Source: Antedon mediterranea
Taxonomy: Eukaryota > Animalia > Echinodermata
NCBI RefSeq assembly: GCF_964355755.1
Contig: NC_092671.1
Coordinates: 38,016,304-38,080,303, forward strand
Reading direction: 5' to 3'
DNA: 64,000 bases
The notes beneath the pieces were generated by a model, which was not told where the DNA came from, ran no database searches, and saw only the letters and a list, made by a program, of their open reading frames with translations. The position numbers and the translations under genes were made by a program. Of the stretch, positions 61,720 through 64,000 are shown one piece after another (position 1 is the stretch's first letter; the number at the start of each line of letters is the position of its first letter).

Positions 61720-64000
61720 GACCTGCAGACGACGGGCTATCTGTTGATATGAATTTTCACAAGTGCCCAAACAAATCGATAAAGGGATTAATCGGTCCAG
61801 TGAATGAAGCTATTGTATCCATATCTGGTCAAGTTTGTAATGCTCTTTTAGATACAGGTTCGCAAGTTACAACCATCACTGCAGATTTCGTCAATAATCA
61901 TCCAACTTTAAAGATCCAAAAGCTACAGCCAGTTGCTGTGAACATTGAAGGGGCTGGGGATCAGTTAGTACCCCACCATGGTGTTCTGCTCATCAACTTG
62001 GAAGTAATGGGAGTAAAGTTGGAGGTGGTTCCAGTACTGGTTGTACCATCAACGACATCTAGAGTAAAGATGCCCTGTCTCATTGGAACGAATGTGATAC
62101 GACCAACACGTGACAAACTACATGGTCAGTATGGACGGTCGTTTATGGAAATCGTTTGGGAGAAATCTACTACATGGTTTGCAGCATACCAGTCTCTAAA
62201 TGGTGATGGGATGGACCTTGCTGATGCAACTGGTGAAATAGGAGCGATTCATTATAGGGGACGCCCAATCACTTTTAAGCCTGGGGCCCAGCGAGATGTC
62301 GTTGGATATGCACCAACCCACACAGACGGCCGCACATTCTGGAAATGTTGAGGGTAGGCAGTTTACTGACAGAAGTCAAGGAGGGTAAAGTAACTGTGCG
62401 GATGTGTAACCTTTCATCAACAACAGTGATGCTTAATAAAGGTAATCTAATAGCTAACTTGTTGTATGCAACACCAGCCGAAGACTTAGCACATACAACT
62501 CGACTCGTTCTTTCCAGTGAAAACTCGGTGTTGGTAAACAAACAGGAATTAAAGCAAATACCTGATGTACATGTTCCAACTGGAGACTTGTCAGAAACAG
62601 AAATTAAGGCCCTCCACAATATCCTCTGTCAAAACTCTGATGTCTTCTCCATGGGTTCAGATGATTTTGGCCACACCACAACTCTTCAGGATGATATACC
62701 CCTCATCGATTCAACCCCATTCAGAATGCCATATCGCCGCATACCACCCTCAGACTTCAAGGAAGTAAGAGAACATATTCAAGGCCTAGAAAGTGCTGGT
62801 GTTATAAAGGGAAGCAAGAGCCCATTTGCCTCTCCTATCGTCATTGTTAGAAAGAAGACTGGCCAGATCAGACTATGCGTCGACTACCGAAAACTCAACT
62901 CAAGGACGGTTCGTGATGCGTATCCGCTTCCGAGGATCGACGAATCTTTAGATGCATTGGGGAAAGCTCGTTATTTTTTCAAGTTTGGACTTAATGTCTG
63001 GCTATCTGCATGTGCAGATGGCCGAAGCTGACCAACCTAAGACGGCATTCACAACTCCACTGGGTTTATTCGAGTATACGAGGATGCCTTTCGGATTAAC
63101 TAATGCCCCTGCTACCTTTCAACGCCTAATGACTGTAGTATTCGGAGATATGAACTTAACAGAGGTACTCATTTACCTGGACGATATTATCATATTTAGC
63201 TCAACTATAGAAGAACACCTCATGCGTTTAGAAAAAGTATTTTCTCGATTGCGAGAACATGGACTTAAATTACAACCAAATAAGTGTCACCTACTTCAGC
63301 GAGAGGTCAAATATCTGGGCCGGACACAGGGTCTCCGAACACGGCATCTCAACCGACCCAGAGAAAACTGAAGCAGTAAGAGAATGGCCGGTCCCTAAGT
63401 CCAAGAAAGATGTTAGAAGTTTTTTGGGATTCACAGGATACTACCGGAGATTCATTCAAAACTATGCCAAGATAGCGAAACCTTTGTTTGAGATGGTCGG
63501 AGGTAAACACAAGCCTAAGGGTACAACCAAGCTGCCAGAGTTCAAATGGACTGACGAGTGTTTAGTATCATACAATACCTTGAAACAGAAGATGTTAGCT
63601 ACTCCTATTCTATCTTATCCAGATTTCGCACTACCATTTGTTTTGCAGACCGACGCCTCCCTAGATGGCTTTGGAGCCATCCTGGCTCAAATCCAGGATG
63701 GGCAAGAGAAGGTAATCGCTTATGCAAGTAGAAGCCTCACCGCTGGTGAAAAGCATTATCCGGCACACAAACTGGAGTTTAGAGCGCTACATTGGGCTGC
63801 GACTGTGAAATTTAAAGATTACGTCTACGGACATAAGGTATTGGCTCGCACCGATAATAACCCACTCACGTATGTCCTTAAATCAGCTAAGCTAGATGCA
63901 CATGGTCAGCGCTGGGTTAACGATATGGCAAGGTGTGATCTTGAGATCGAGTACCGACCGGGAAAGTCGAACGATAATGCAGATGGTCTATCTCGTATTA
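61720..64000 (+). pseudogene. pol: Gypsy Pol (protease, RT, RNase H) with frameshifts
   Basis: LLDTGSQVT; RLCVDYRKLN; MPFGLTNAPATFQRLM; YLDDIII; LQTDAS, IAYASR, RTDNNPL; frame changes near 62345, 62975 and 63325. Confidence 0.92.

Larger units (their letters stand above)
59941..64000 (+). mobile_element. Ty3/Gypsy LTR retrotransposon (continues past the window)
   Basis: LTR, PBS, gag, then protease-RT-RNase H order. Confidence 0.95.

Overview
AT-rich animal genomic DNA; an invertebrate, possibly an echinoderm, is inferred from repeat content only. The core is a ~55 kb cluster of two distantly related families of three-Ig-domain type I membrane proteins, here named A and B. Family A has 5 copies on + (one frameshifted). 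Family B has 5 copies plus fragments on both strands (3 open: one lacking a TM, two with a TM; 2 disrupted). The whole mature protein sits in one exon in both families. Shared flanks show that the duplicated unit is an A gene followed by a B promoter/micro-exon and a B gene. Family A has a divergent non-canonical N-terminal Ig-like domain, near-identical membrane-proximal regions, mosaic copies, a TM arginine with a short tail, and conserved ETS/IRF-like upstream motifs. Together these suggest an uncharacterised recognition-receptor locus (immune or allorecognition; function is inference). The rest is transposon-derived: a frameshifted Gypsy LTR element running off the 3' end, a broken esterase-ORF1 LINE, LINE 3' ends, a SINE, Academ-like TIR elements, foldback elements built from 21-bp units, Helentron-like ends and Penelope fragments with a minimal hammerhead ribozyme.
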